From: Capsulimonadaceae bacterium
GTDB taxonomy: Bacteria > Armatimonadota > Armatimonadia > Armatimonadales > Capsulimonadaceae
Reading direction: 5' to 3'
NCBI GenBank assembly: GCA_965215505.1
Contig: OZ244065.1
Span: forward strand, 896,001 to 960,000
Length of the DNA: 64,000 nt
The position numbers and the translations under genes were made by a program. The first letter of the stretch is position 1; every line of letters starts with the position of its first letter. Below are positions 35,652 through 46,994 of this stretch, piece after piece. The notes under the pieces are model-generated. The model was given only the letters and a program-made list of their open reading frames with translations. It was not told the origin of the DNA and did not search any database.

Positions 35652-37076
35652 GTGGACAACTTTATCCAGATAGATCAGCAGGTTTCGGAGTGGGTTGAGG
35701 CGCACCGGCAGGAGATCGTCGAGACGACGCAGGCCCTGCTGCGTATTCCGAGCGTCGAGGGACCCGCCGCTGCGGGTGCGCCGTTCGGGGCCGAAACCCG
35801 GCAGGCTTTGGATTACGCCCTAAGCGTCGGCGAAAGGTACGGGCTGACGCCGAAAAGCCTGGATGGCTACGCGGCACACGCCGAGTGGACCGCGCCGGGT
35901 GTCGCCGCCGACGCGCCCATCGTCGGCGCGCTGGCCCATGTGGACGTGGTCCCCGCCGGGTCAGGGTGGTCCCACCCGCCGTTCGGGGCCGAGATTGACA
36001 ACGGCAAGATCTATGCGCGCGGCGCGACGGACGACAAAGGCCCCGCGATGGCCGCCCTTTGGGCGCTGCTCGCCGTCAAGGAGTGCGCGGTGCCGCTGAC
36101 GCGCCGCATCCGCCTTATCCTGGGCGCGAACGAGGAGAGCGGCTTTAAATGTGTCAAGCACTACTTCGCGCATGAAGAAATGCCCGTCACGGGCTTCACC
36201 CCGGACGCCATGTTCCCGATGGTCTACGCCGAAAAAGGCATCGCCAACGCCGTCCTGACCCGCCCCGCGCCGCCGGAGGGCGGCCATATCCATCTGGCCT
36301 CCTTGAGCGGCGGGCAGCGCCCGAACATGGTGCCGGACACCGCCGAGGCCGTCCTGAGAAACCCGTCCCCGCGCGCGGCCGTCGTCGCCCGCCTGAACGC
36401 CGTCGTCGGCATCACGACGGAGGATCTGGAGGATGGCGGCCTGCGCGTCACCGCCAAGGGCGTCTCGGCCCACGGCAGCACGCCGGAGAACGGCGTCAAC
36501 GCCGTCGCCGTCCTGTGCGACGCGCTGCTGCTGCTGGACCACCAGGAAGACCAGAGGCAGGTCGTCCAGCACGTCCAGGCCTGGGCGAGCGACACCACGG
36601 GCGGGACCCTGGGCATCGCGGGCCGGGACGACATCGCCGGGCCGCTGACCTCGAACCTCGGCGTGGCCTCGCTGGAAGACGGCAAGGCGTCGCTGACCTT
36701 CAACGTCCGCTACCCGGTCACCTGGAACTCCGACACGCTGCGAGGGTGTTTGGAGAGCGGGATAAATGGGACCGGGTGGACGATAGAAGCGCTGTCCGAT
36801 CAACCTCCCTTGTATGTGCCTTTAGATGATCCCCTGGTGGCGACACTGCTCCAGGTCTACCGGGACGAAACCGGCGACCAGACCGCGCCGCTGACCATGG
36901 GCGGTGGGACCTACGCCCGCTCCATGGCGAAGGGAATCGCCTTCGGGCCTGGCTTCCCCGACGCCGACCCGTCCGACGGCGGCGCGCACGAGAAGGACGA
37001 GTGCTGGCCCATCGAGCATCTGATCCGGGCCACCAAGATCTACGCCCGCGCTTTGGCGCGTCTGGCGAGCGAGTAG
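35652..37076 (+). CDS. M20 family dipeptidase (PepV-like)
   Basis: AHVDVVP, RGATDDKGP, NEES, EKG, GGGTYAR, AH motifs; GTG start assumed. Confidence 0.88.
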   Translation: MDNFIQIDQQVSEWVEAHRQEIVETTQALLRIPSVEGPAAAGAPFGAETRQALDYALSVGERYGLTPKSLDGYAAHAEWTAPGVAADAPIVGALAHVDVVPAGSGWSHPPFGAEIDNGKIYARGATDDKGPAMAALWALLAVKECAVPLTRRIRLILGANEESGFKCVKHYFAHEEMPVTGFTPDAMFPMVYAEKGIANAVLTRPAPPEGGHIHLASLSGGQRPNMVPDTAEAVLRNPSPRAAVVARLNAVVGITTEDLEDGGLRVTAKGVSAHGSTPENGVNAVAVLCDALLLLDHQEDQRQVVQHVQAWASDTTGGTLGIAGRDDIAGPLTSNLGVASLEDGKASLTFNVRYPVTWNSDTLRGCLESGINGTGWTIEALSDQPPLYVPLDDPLVATLLQVYRDETGDQTAPLTMGGGTYARSMAKGIAFGPGFPDADPSDGGAHEKDECWPIEHLIRATKIYARALARLASE

Positions 37077-37088
37077 AGTTTCCACACC

Positions 37089-38189
37089 ATGCCTAGCACC
37101 AAGCAGACCGTCGTCGTCGCCATGAGTGGGGGAGTGGACTCGTCCGTGGCCGCCGGCCTCCTCCAGCGGCAGGGGTACGACGTCGTCGGCGTCACCATGC
37201 AGATCTGGCAGGAGAGCGCGACCGAAACTAAGGGCGTCGGCTGCTGCTCCCTGGGCGCGGTCGAGGACGCCCGCCGGGTCGCCGCGAAGCTGGACATCCC
37301 CCACTACGTTTTGAACTTCCGGGAGTTCTTCGCCGAGAAGGTGATCGAGAACTTCGTGGACGAGTACAAGCGCGGGCGCACCCCCAACCCCTGCGTCAAC
37401 TGCAACCGGTACGTCAAGTTCGACGCCCTGCTCGCCAAGGCGCGCGCCCTGGGCGCGGAATGGCTGGCGACCGGGCACTACGCCCGCGTCCAGTTCGACG
37501 AGGACGCGCGCCGCTGGACCCTGCGCCGCGCGCTGGACGGGGACAAGGACCAGACCTATGCGCTGTACCACTTCACGCAGGAAGAACTCGCCCACACCCT
37601 GATGCCGCTGGGCCTGGTCACGAACAAGGCCGAGACGCGCGCCGTCGCCGCCGAGCTGGGGCTTGCCGTCCATGACAAGCCGGACTCGCAGGAGATCTGC
37701 TTCGTCCAGGGCGGCTCCTACACGGACTTCCTGGCCCAGACCGCGCCCGAGACGGTGCAGGGCGGCGACATCGTGGACACCGGCGGGCGGCGGCGCGGGC
37801 GGCACGACGGCATCGCGTTTTATACCATCGGTCAGCGCCGCCGGGTGAACGTCGGCTCCCCCATTCCCCTCTACGTCGTGGACATCAATGCCGAGACGAA
37901 CACCATCGTGGTCGGCGGCAACGAGGACCTGATGGCGGACGGATTGGTCGCCGATGACGTAAACTGGGTGGGAATTTCAGGCGTGCAGGAATCACGGCCC
38001 GTGATGGTGAAAATACGCTATAATATGCAGCCTGTGCCTGCCGTCGTACAAAACGGCGTGGACAAGGGCGCGATTGTCGTCCGGTTCGACACGCCGCAGC
38101 GGGCGGTGACGCCGGGCCAGTCGCTGGTCATGTACGACCTTGCCGGCGACTCGGTGCTGGGCGGCGCGACCATCCAGCGCCGCCTTTGA
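37089..38189 (+). CDS. mnmA: tRNA 2-thiouridine(34) synthase
   Basis: AMSGGVDSSV, TPNPCVNCN, ATGHY, KDQTY, DSQEICF, YTIGQR, VTPGQ. Confidence 0.96.
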   Translation: MPSTKQTVVVAMSGGVDSSVAAGLLQRQGYDVVGVTMQIWQESATETKGVGCCSLGAVEDARRVAAKLDIPHYVLNFREFFAEKVIENFVDEYKRGRTPNPCVNCNRYVKFDALLAKARALGAEWLATGHYARVQFDEDARRWTLRRALDGDKDQTYALYHFTQEELAHTLMPLGLVTNKAETRAVAAELGLAVHDKPDSQEICFVQGGSYTDFLAQTAPETVQGGDIVDTGGRRRGRHDGIAFYTIGQRRRVNVGSPIPLYVVDINAETNTIVVGGNEDLMADGLVADDVNWVGISGVQESRPVMVKIRYNMQPVPAVVQNGVDKGAIVVRFDTPQRAVTPGQSLVMYDLAGDSVLGGATIQRRL

Positions 38190-38210
38190 GGGGAGCGACT
38201 TCATCCCGCC

Positions 38211-38456
38211 ATGCCCGACCAGAACCAACAGGACCGTGACCAGAAGAACAGCATCGGCCTTTTGATCCTCGCGGGCATCGGTGCCGGGGCGTTGACGGGG
38301 GCGCTGCTCGGCCTCCAGGCGATCCGCCGGCCGCGCGTCCCGGACCGCGACGAGATCGGTGAAACCGTGGATGATCTGAAGCGCCGGGCGGAGCAGATCC
38401 TGACCGAGCTGTCACAGACCTCCATCGTCCCCCCCGAGACGCCGTGCCCGCGCTGA
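38211..38456 (+). CDS. small membrane-anchored protein (YtxH-like)
   Basis: Gly/Ala-rich TM helix followed by a charged helix. Confidence 0.55.
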   Translation: MPDQNQQDRDQKNSIGLLILAGIGAGALTGALLGLQAIRRPRVPDRDEIGETVDDLKRRAEQILTELSQTSIVPPETPCPR

Positions 38457-38516
38457 CTGTCGGGACGCCGTGGCCGCAAGAATTTGATGCAAGAATTTGC
38501 CAAAGGAGATCGTAAT

Positions 38517-38870
38517 TTGAACCTCACGATGAACAGCCGCAACCCCGACGAGACGACCTGCGTCCTCGACATCGAGGGCGAGGTGGACGTCTACACCTCG
38601 CCGCAGCTCAAGCAGGACCTGGTACACCTCGCCGAGAACGGAACCAAGCGCGTCATCATCAACCTGTCCAAAGTCGAGTACCTGGACAGCACAGGCCTGG
38701 GCGTCCTGATCGGCGGACTGAAGCGTCTGCGCGAGTCGGGCGGCAACCTCGCCCTAGTTGGGCCGGGGATGCGTATCCAGCGCATCTTCGAGATCACCGG
38801 CCTGAACAAGATCTTCGACATCTACGCGACCGAGGACGAAGCCGCCGCCAGAGAAGGGGTGGCTTTATGA
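38517..38870 (+). CDS. rsbV: anti-sigma factor antagonist (STAS domain)
   Basis: GEVDVYTSP, YLDSTGLG phospho-Ser motif, FEITGL; AAGGAG RBS before TTG. Confidence 0.88.
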   Translation: MNLTMNSRNPDETTCVLDIEGEVDVYTSPQLKQDLVHLAENGTKRVIINLSKVEYLDSTGLGVLIGGLKRLRESGGNLALVGPGMRIQRIFEITGLNKIFDIYATEDEAAAREGVAL

Positions 38871-39292
38871 GCGACTCACAGGCCGAGACGGTCCAGCTCA
38901 TCATCCCCTGCCGCCCGGAATACGTCGGCGTCGCGCGCCTCGCCGTACTAGGAATCGCCAGCCGCATGCCCTTCTCCTATGACGAAGTGGAGGACGTCCG
39001 GCTGGCCGTCGGCGAAGCCTGCACCCACGCCGTCGAGCGGGCGGGGGTCGGGGCCGCCACCATCCGCATCGTCAGCACCGTCTCCGCTCAGGCCTTGCGG
39101 ATCGAGATCGCCGACGACATCGCCGAGGCGGACGTCGCGGCCCCCTCCGAGGAAGCAAAGCTTCTGGAGGAGGCGGGCGTGGACCAGGAGGGCTTGGGCG
39201 CACTGCTGATGGAGATCCTGGTGGACAAAGTGGACATTCAGGCCACGGCCAGCGGCACGCGCGTCGTGCTGACCAAATACGCCCCCGAGTAG
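38867..39292 (+). CDS. rsbW: anti-sigma factor Ser/Thr kinase
   Basis: EYVGVARLA, DVRLAVGEACT, EGLG; located between rsbV and the sigma gene. Confidence 0.85.
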   Translation: MSDSQAETVQLIIPCRPEYVGVARLAVLGIASRMPFSYDEVEDVRLAVGEACTHAVERAGVGAATIRIVSTVSAQALRIEIADDIAEADVAAPSEEAKLLEEAGVDQEGLGALLMEILVDKVDIQATASGTRVVLTKYAPE

Positions 39293-39326
39293 TGACGACC
39301 GAAATAGAACGGCGCTCTGAAGTAGA

Positions 39327-40106
39327 ATGACTGTCATGACACAGAAAAAGGCGACGGACTGGACCCAGGACGATGCCGAAACCTTGTTTGCGCGGTACGC
39401 CCGGAGCCGGGATCCGCAGATGCGCGACCGGTTGGTCGTGATGCACCAAAATCTGGTCCGCTACCTGGCGGGCAAGTTCGTCAACCGCGGCGAGCCGCTC
39501 GAGGACTTGATCCAGGTCGGCACCATCGGCCTGATCAACGCCATTGATCGGTTCGACTCGGGGCGCGGCACCAAGTTTTCGACCTACGCCACGCCGACCA
39601 TCGTCGGCGAGATACGGCGCTACTTCCGGGACAAGGCGTGGAGCCTGAAGGTGCCGCGCCGTTTGCAGGAGCTGAACCAGACCGCTTCCAAGGCGCAGGA
39701 ATACCTCAGCTCCAAGCTGGGCCGGCCGCCGACGATCCAGGAGGTCGCCCAGCGAATCGGGGCGACCGAGGAAGAGACGCTGGAAGCCATCGAGCTTGGC
39801 AACGCCTACGACACGGTTTCCCTGGACAGCAAGATGATGCACGACTCGGACAGCGCGCCCCTGTCGCTCGCCGAGTTCGTCGGGGCCGAGGACGAGTCCC
39901 TGCAAAGCCTGGGCACCTACGGCGACCTAGACCACGCCCTGGAGTCGCTGGAGCCGCGCGAGCGCGCCATCATCATCCACCGCTTCTTCAAGGACATGTC
40001 CCAGGCCGAGGTCGCGAAGCAGCTCAACATCTCGCAGATGCACGTTTCACGCCTGCAAAACCGCGCCCTGACCCAGCTCAAACGGCTGATGGTCAGCGAG
40101 GGCTGA
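39327..40106 (+). CDS. SigB/SigF/SigG family RNA polymerase sigma factor
   Basis: EDLIQVGTIGL, FSTYATPTIVGEIRRYFRD, SQMHVSRL. Confidence 0.92.
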   Translation: MTVMTQKKATDWTQDDAETLFARYARSRDPQMRDRLVVMHQNLVRYLAGKFVNRGEPLEDLIQVGTIGLINAIDRFDSGRGTKFSTYATPTIVGEIRRYFRDKAWSLKVPRRLQELNQTASKAQEYLSSKLGRPPTIQEVAQRIGATEEETLEAIELGNAYDTVSLDSKMMHDSDSAPLSLAEFVGAEDESLQSLGTYGDLDHALESLEPRERAIIIHRFFKDMSQAEVAKQLNISQMHVSRLQNRALTQLKRLMVSEG

Positions 40107-40119
40107 AAGGTGCGACCGG

Positions 40120-41691
40120 ATGCCGACGCCCGACGCCCCCGATATTCAGGCACTCCTCGCTGACGCCGGCATCCGGCTCCACCTCAACCTATCAGTCCCG
40201 GCCCTGGTCGGAGAGTCGCTCCGGCGCGCGAGGCGGTCCTTTCCTCCACCGGCGCACTCAAGGCGACAACAGGGAGGTACACGGGCCGCTCGCCCAGAGA
40301 CAAGTTCCTGGTTGACGACGGGACGCACGGCCGGGTGGATTGGGGCAAGATGAACCAGCCCCTTTCCCCCGGCAAGTTCGACGCCCTGGCGCGCGAAATG
40401 GCGTCCTTCGCGGCGGGCCGGGAGTTGTTCGTCTTCGACGGCTTCGGCGGAGCCGGCCCGGCGTACCGCCTGCCGATCCGCATCATCACGCAGTACGCCT
40501 GGCACTCCCTCTTCGCCCGCCAGCTCTTCGTCCGCCCCAGCCCGGCGGAGATGGCGGACTTCGAGCCGCAGTTCACCCTGCTGGACCTCCCCGATCTCCA
40601 CGCCGATGCGGCCCGCTACGGCGTCAACTCCGAAACCGTGATCGCGCTGGACCTGACGCGCCGCCGAGGGCTGATCGTCGGCACGCAGTACGCCGGGGAG
40701 ATCAAAAAGAGCGTCTTCACCGTCCTGAGCTACCTGCTGCCCGAGCAGGGCGTGTTCCCGATGCACTGCTCGGCCAATGTCGGGCCGGACGGCCAGCCGG
40801 CCCTCTTCTTCGGCCTGTCCGGGACCGGCAAGACGACGCTGTCCGCTGACCCCGAGCGGCGGCTGATCGGCGACGACGAACACGGCTGGTCGGACACCAA
40901 CGTCTTCAACTTCGGGGGGATGCTACGCGAAATGCGTCCGCCTGAGCCGGACCGGGGAGCCGGAAATCTGGGACGCCATCCGGTTCGGGACCGTCCTGGA
41001 GAACGTCGTACTGGACCCGGCCACGGGCGAAGCGGACTACGACGACATCACGCTTACCGAGAACACCCGCGCCGCCTATCCGCTGACCTACATCCCGAAC
41101 ACGCTGATGCGGGGCGTCGGCGGCCACCCGAAGACGATCCTGTTCCTGACCGCCGACGCCTTCGGCATCCTGCCCCCGATCTCGCGGCTGACGCGCGACC
41201 AGGCGATGTACCACTTCCTGAGCGGCTACACCAGCAAGCTGGCCGGGACGGAGCGCGGCGTGACGACGCCCGAGCCGAACTTCTCCGCCTGTTTCGGTGC
41301 CCCGTTCTGGCCCCTCCCGCCGCTGGAATACGCCGCCATGCTGGGGAAAAGGCTGGACGAACACGGCGCGACCTGCTACCTGATCAACACAGGCTGGAGC
41401 GGCGGGCCGTATGGCGTCGGGCACCGCATGGACCTGGCACGGACGCGGGCGATGGTCCAAGCCGCCCTCGGTGGCAAGCTGGAGGAAGCCCCTACCGTCG
41501 TGGACCCGGTCTTCGGCCTGCACATCCCCCTGCACGTTGAAGGCGTCCCCGACGAAGTCCTTCAGCCACATGCGACCTGGGCCGCCGGCCCGGAGTATGA
41601 TGCCGCCGCCCTGGCCGCCCGGTTCCACGCCAACTTCGCGCGCTTCCCCCAGGTGAGCGAGGCCGTGAAGGCGGCGGGGCCGCAGGCATAA
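40120..41691 (+). pseudogene. pckA: phosphoenolpyruvate carboxykinase (ATP), two frameshifts
   Basis: [50 protein letters not shown] spread over three segments; shifts near 40227 and 40914-40920. Confidence 0.85.
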
Positions 41692-41692
41692 A

Positions 41693-41830
41693 AAAGGCGA
41701 ACGGAGAGAGGAAGGGCGGACGGAGAGAGGAAGGGCGGACGGGGAGAGGAAGGGCGAACGGGGAGGCAGGCCGGACAAGAAGGGCAGGCCGGACAAGAAG
41801 GGCAGGCCTGCCCTTCTTGTCCGGCCTGCC
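41693..41830. repeat. short tandem repeats plus perfect 48-bp palindrome
   Basis: about 3.8 copies of 19-bp AAGGGCGGACGGAGAGAGG, then 18-bp GGCAGGCCGGACAAGAAG twice; 41783-41830 is a loopless palindrome. Confidence 0.85.
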
Positions 41831-41839
41831 CCCCCCAGC

Positions 41840-42706
41840 CTAACCTTCCGCTTCCAGCCAGGCCCGCCACGTTCGCGCGGCGACGAACCCCAGATGCTCG
41901 CGGGGGGGCGTCAGGTCATAAAAGGTATTCCCCGTCAGCCTTTCCAAGTCCCCCACCAAGTCCGGCAGGTGTCGCTCCGTCAGATCGCGCACCGTCGCGT
42001 TGACCCGCAGATCATCGGCCATCGTGTAGAAGACGTGGTGGCCGGTCAGTTCCGACTCCAGGGCGAGGCGGAAAGCGATAGCTTGGTCATGGACATCAAT
42101 GTAACCCCAGAGGGAGGACTCGCGCTCCTCACCCTTGTTATCTAATGTGCGCCGCAGCCAGCCATGTGTTTTCGCCCGTTCCAGGTCCCAGACGGCGGGG
42201 GGGCGCAGGACGATTGTCGTCATCCCGGTCAGCCGCGTCATCGCCGCCGCGCTCTCCTCATTCATCAGCTTGGACAGGCCGTAACTGTCCTGCGGGCGGC
42301 GCGGGTGGGCGGCGTCTATCGGCAGATAATCCGGCAGGCAGGGGTGCTTGGGGAAAGAGAAGCCCAGGGCACCGACGCTTGAGGTCAGGACGACGCGCGG
42401 GATGTCATGGGCGGCCGCCGCTTCCAGGATGTTCTGCGTCCCGATGACGTTCAGCCTCAGCACTTCATCGGGCGGCAGGGACGGGCCGGGGATCGCCCCG
42501 ATGTGAGCTACCGCATCACACCCACACGCCGCATTCAGCATCGCCAGCGCGTCGGTCAGGTCGGCATAGATGGCTTCCGATGCGTGGCGCACCTCGGCGG
42601 GCATCGGGCGGCGATCCAGCGCCTTCACCGCGTGCCCGTATTTAGCCAATTCCAGGACGGTCTTCGAGCCGATCTTGCCCGCCGCCCCCGTTACGAGTAT
42701 TCGCAA
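41840..42706 (-). CDS. NAD-dependent epimerase/dehydratase
   Basis: VTGAAGKIG, TSS, YGLSK motifs. Confidence 0.9.
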   Translation of the reverse strand: MRILVTGAAGKIGSKTVLELAKYGHAVKALDRRPMPAEVRHASEAIYADLTDALAMLNAACGCDAVAHIGAIPGPSLPPDEVLRLNVIGTQNILEAAAAHDIPRVVLTSSVGALGFSFPKHPCLPDYLPIDAAHPRRPQDSYGLSKLMNEESAAAMTRLTGMTTIVLRPPAVWDLERAKTHGWLRRTLDNKGEERESSLWGYIDVHDQAIAFRLALESELTGHHVFYTMADDLRVNATVRDLTERHLPDLVGDLERLTGNTFYDLTPPREHLGFVAARTWRAWLEAEG

Positions 42707-42737
42707 TGCCTTGACTTCTTTCTAGTGTCCAAATCGC

Positions 42738-43922
42738 TCAGGCGAACAGCATCCGGATGAGCCGCGTCCCGTCTTCCACGAATGTCGTCGCCTCCTCCAC
42801 CGCCCGCTCGTCGAACGGGAAGTGGGAGGCCGTGTGCGCCTTGGCCGAGTCGTACAGCAGGAACGGCACCGGCCCGGCCTCGTGAGTCCGCAGGGAGATC
42901 GGCGTCTTGTGGTCCGGCACGATCACCAGCCGGTAGTTGTCTCGCCCCGCCATCCCCTCGCGCAGAGTCCCCAGCAGTTTCCGGTCGGTGTCCTCGATGG
43001 CCTGCATCTTGTGGTCCAGGTTGCCCTCGTGCCCCGACTCGTCCGGCGACTCGACGTGGATGTAGATAAAGTCCAGCGTGTCCAGGGCCGTCAGGGCGTA
43101 GTTCGCCTTCGCCACATAGTCCGTGTCGATGTAGCCCGTCGCGCCGGGCACGTCGATGACCCGCAGGCCCGTGGCCCGGCCCAGGCCGCGCACCACATCT
43201 ACGGCCGTGATGACGCCACCGACCTTGCCGTGAGTCTGGAGGAAGTTCGGCAGGCTCGGCGCGTACCCCTGGCCCCAGAGCCAGATCATGTTGCCGGGAG
43301 GCTTACCCTCCTCGCGCCGCTTGACGTTGATCGGGTGACCATCCAGCAGTTCCAAAGAGTCGTACATGAGCTGACGCAGCCGCTCCGCCCCCGTGCCCTC
43401 CGGCCAGTACCCTGCCAGGGGTTTGCCCACGAAGTCGTGCGGCGGGATCGTCAGCAGGTCTATGGAGCCGCCCTGCTCGGCCATGATGTGCCGGTACTGG
43501 ACGCCGGGGAAGAACCGCCGCTTGCTGCCGCCCAGCTTCTTGTCGATCAGCTCGATCAGGGGCCGCGCCTCCTCGGTCGTGATGTGCCCCGCCGAGTTGT
43601 CCAGCATACTGGTCCCGTCGGACGTGACCAGGGAGCAGCGGTAGGCCACGTCCCCGGCGTCCATGGGCACGCCCATCGCAACGGCCTCGATCGGGCCGCG
43701 CCCGGTGTAATACTTGCGCGGGTCGTACCCCAACAAATCCATGTTCGCCACGTCGCTGCCGGGGTACATCCCGTCCGGCACGGTCAGGACGCTGCCGACC
43801 AGCGACCTTTCCGCCAGCGCGTCGAAGTTCGGCGTCTTAGCGGCCTGCATGGGCGTCTGCCCGTCGAGTTCAGCCATCGGCAGGTCCGCCATGCCGTCGG
43901 GAATCAGCATGATGTATTTCAT
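42738..43922 (-). CDS. apgM: cofactor-independent phosphoglycerate mutase, ApgM type (proposed homoserine kinase subgroup)
   Basis: DGMAD, PGSDVA, GRGPIEA, HVESPDESGH, PDHKTP, H motifs. Confidence 0.88.
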   Translation of the reverse strand: MKYIMLIPDGMADLPMAELDGQTPMQAAKTPNFDALAERSLVGSVLTVPDGMYPGSDVANMDLLGYDPRKYYTGRGPIEAVAMGVPMDAGDVAYRCSLVTSDGTSMLDNSAGHITTEEARPLIELIDKKLGGSKRRFFPGVQYRHIMAEQGGSIDLLTIPPHDFVGKPLAGYWPEGTGAERLRQLMYDSLELLDGHPINVKRREEGKPPGNMIWLWGQGYAPSLPNFLQTHGKVGGVITAVDVVRGLGRATGLRVIDVPGATGYIDTDYVAKANYALTALDTLDFIYIHVESPDESGHEGNLDHKMQAIEDTDRKLLGTLREGMAGRDNYRLVIVPDHKTPISLRTHEAGPVPFLLYDSAKAHTASHFPFDERAVEEATTFVEDGTRLIRMLFA

Positions 43923-43937
43923 AGGGCCAAAACCATC

Positions 43938-44498
43938 CTATTCAATCTCCGGCACTCGCGGAGCCGGGGGCCAAACGCCTTCCACTTGCTCATAAAATGG
44001 TTCTACGACGGTGACCTTCCGCCGCTCGGTCGCGATTCGATACCAGAGAAATCCGGTGAGCAGCCAGAGGAACGCATTAAAGCCCACCAAGAAGACTTTG
44101 AAGCCGAACGGCGCTGACATGAGGGGGAACGTGTATATCGTTCCCGCGCTCATAATCAGCACCATGAGCGTCATCAACGAAGTCACCACAATCGAGGCGG
44201 CGGGATGTACACGAATTAGTTGGGAGGAGACTTGTGGCTGAACGGTCACTATAACGCCAGATTTGACCAGCCGATATTGCTTCCAGGACATGGGCAGCGA
44301 TACTGCCGAAACCACAGCCCCAACACAAAGAAAAGTTGGCGGGGTACAGCCCCCATGAAAGAGCAGGTATATTCCAGAACCAGACAAAAGCAAGACAGAG
44401 CAGGCCCGACGGATGAGCGCACCCTTCGCCCGACGGAGTGTAAGCCGTTCACCTTGTGGTTGAGGCGAGGCTTCTACTCTGCTCTCCTCGCTCATCAC
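43938..44498 (-). CDS. hypothetical 4-TM membrane protein
   Basis: four hydrophobic segments, AT-richer, overlaps the purC stop; C-terminal GVWPPAP. Confidence 0.65.
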   Translation of the reverse strand: MMSEESRVEASPQPQGERLTLRRAKGALIRRACSVLLLSGSGIYLLFHGGCTPPTFLCVGAVVSAVSLPMSWKQYRLVKSGVIVTVQPQVSSQLIRVHPAASIVVTSLMTLMVLIMSAGTIYTFPLMSAPFGFKVFLVGFNAFLWLLTGFLWYRIATERRKVTVVEPFYEQVEGVWPPAPRVPEIE

Positions 44499-45427
44499 GG
44501 CAACTCCTCACCCGTGAGCCGCTGGTATGCCTCCCGGTACTTCGCCGCCGTCTTCTCCACGATCTCGGCGGGCAGTTCGGGGCCGGGGGCCGTCTTGTCC
44601 CAATCCAGCGTCTCCAGGTAGTCGCGGACGAACTGCTTGTCGAAGGAGGCTTGGGACTTGCCGGGCTTGTACTTTGACGCCTCCCAGAAGCGAGAAGAGT
44701 CCGGCGTCAGGGCCTCGTCTATTAAAATAAGCTTGCCGTCAAGGTGCCCGAACTCGAACTTGGTATCGGCGATAATCAGGTCGCGCTCGGCGGCATAGGC
44801 GCGGGCGAAAGCGTAGAGGGCAAGGCTCTCGTCGGCGAGTTCCTGTGTCGTCTCCGCGCCGACCGCCTCGGCGGCCTGGGCGGCGGAGATGTTCATGTCG
44901 TGGCCCGACGCGGCTTTGGTGGCGGGCGTGAACAGCGGGGCGGGCAACTGCTCGCCCTGCCGCAGACCGATGGGAACGGGGATGTCGTAGAGCCGGACCT
45001 CGCCGCCGTGGCCGAACAAGGTCTGATAGTCCTTCCAGGCGGAGCCGTCGAGGTAGCCGCGCACCACGCATTCCAGCGGCAGGGCGGCGCACTTGCGGAC
45101 GAGTTGGGAGCGGCCTTCGAGCATTGAAACCAGGTCGGCGGTCACGTTCACGCCGGCGTCATGCAGGCGGGCACCGATAGAGTCCATGTCGGAGGTGAGG
45201 AAGTGATTGGGGACGATGTGCGCCGTCTTCTCGAACCAGAACTGAGACAGGGCAGTCAGGACGCGGCCCTTGTCCGGGATGCCCGTCGGCAGGATGACGT
45301 CAAAGGCGGAGATTCGGTCGGTGGCGACGATCAGCAGCGAGTCGCCGAGGTCGTACACGTCGCGCACCTTGCCGGTGATGAACTTCGGCAGTCCGGGAAT
45401 CTCGGTCTGGAGGATGGGCTGGTTCAT
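44495..45427 (-). CDS. purC: SAICAR synthase
   Basis: GKVRDVY, DRISAFD, ECVVRGY, ADTKFEFG, TPDSSRFW, DKQ. Confidence 0.96.
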   Translation of the reverse strand: MNQPILQTEIPGLPKFITGKVRDVYDLGDSLLIVATDRISAFDVILPTGIPDKGRVLTALSQFWFEKTAHIVPNHFLTSDMDSIGARLHDAGVNVTADLVSMLEGRSQLVRKCAALPLECVVRGYLDGSAWKDYQTLFGHGGEVRLYDIPVPIGLRQGEQLPAPLFTPATKAASGHDMNISAAQAAEAVGAETTQELADESLALYAFARAYAAERDLIIADTKFEFGHLDGKLILIDEALTPDSSRFWEASKYKPGKSQASFDKQFVRDYLETLDWDKTAPGPELPAEIVEKTAAKYREAYQRLTGEELP

Positions 45428-45435
45428 GGATGATC

Positions 45436-45911
45436 CTACGGGATGACTTTCCCTAAGATTTGATGGAGGCTGATCGGCCCGATGTGCCGGCTGTCATCGG
45501 ACTCGGGCAGGTTGTCGCCCAGGACATAGATCGTGCGCTCGGGCGACGGCACCGGGACCCGGCCGGACGCGATGCCCTCAAAATACGGGCCGAACAGCAG
45601 AGAAAACGGCACCCGCCGGTGGCCGTTGATGGTGACCCAGTCCCCCGCAGGCGGGGCGGGGTGCCAGACCGGGCGGATGAAGGCGATGCGCTTGATCAGC
45701 TCGTCCCCGTTCGTGTCCCGGAAGATAATGACGTCCCCCGGTCCCAGCTTTGACCGGGGCGCGCTCGTCCAGACCAGGACCGTCTCGCCGTTCTCATAGG
45801 TCGGCGACATGGACGGACCCGTGATGCGCCCCTGCCGCAGATTGAAGCGCAGCAGCAGGGCCAATGCGAGCAGGACGCCGATGGCGAACCAGGTCTGTTT
45901 CCGCAGGCGCG

Positions 45912-45915
<4 letters not shown>
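45436..45915 (-). CDS. S26 family signal peptidase-like protein
   Basis: GPSMSPT, IKRI, LGDN...SDDSR motifs. Confidence 0.85.
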
Positions 45916-46973
<1,058 letters not shown>

Positions 46974-46994
46974 AGGTACTTCCAAAGGGTAGGA

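Noticed and set aside
41693-41830. possible CRISPR array
   Set aside because: Repeats abut with no unique spacers, and there are no cas genes in the window.
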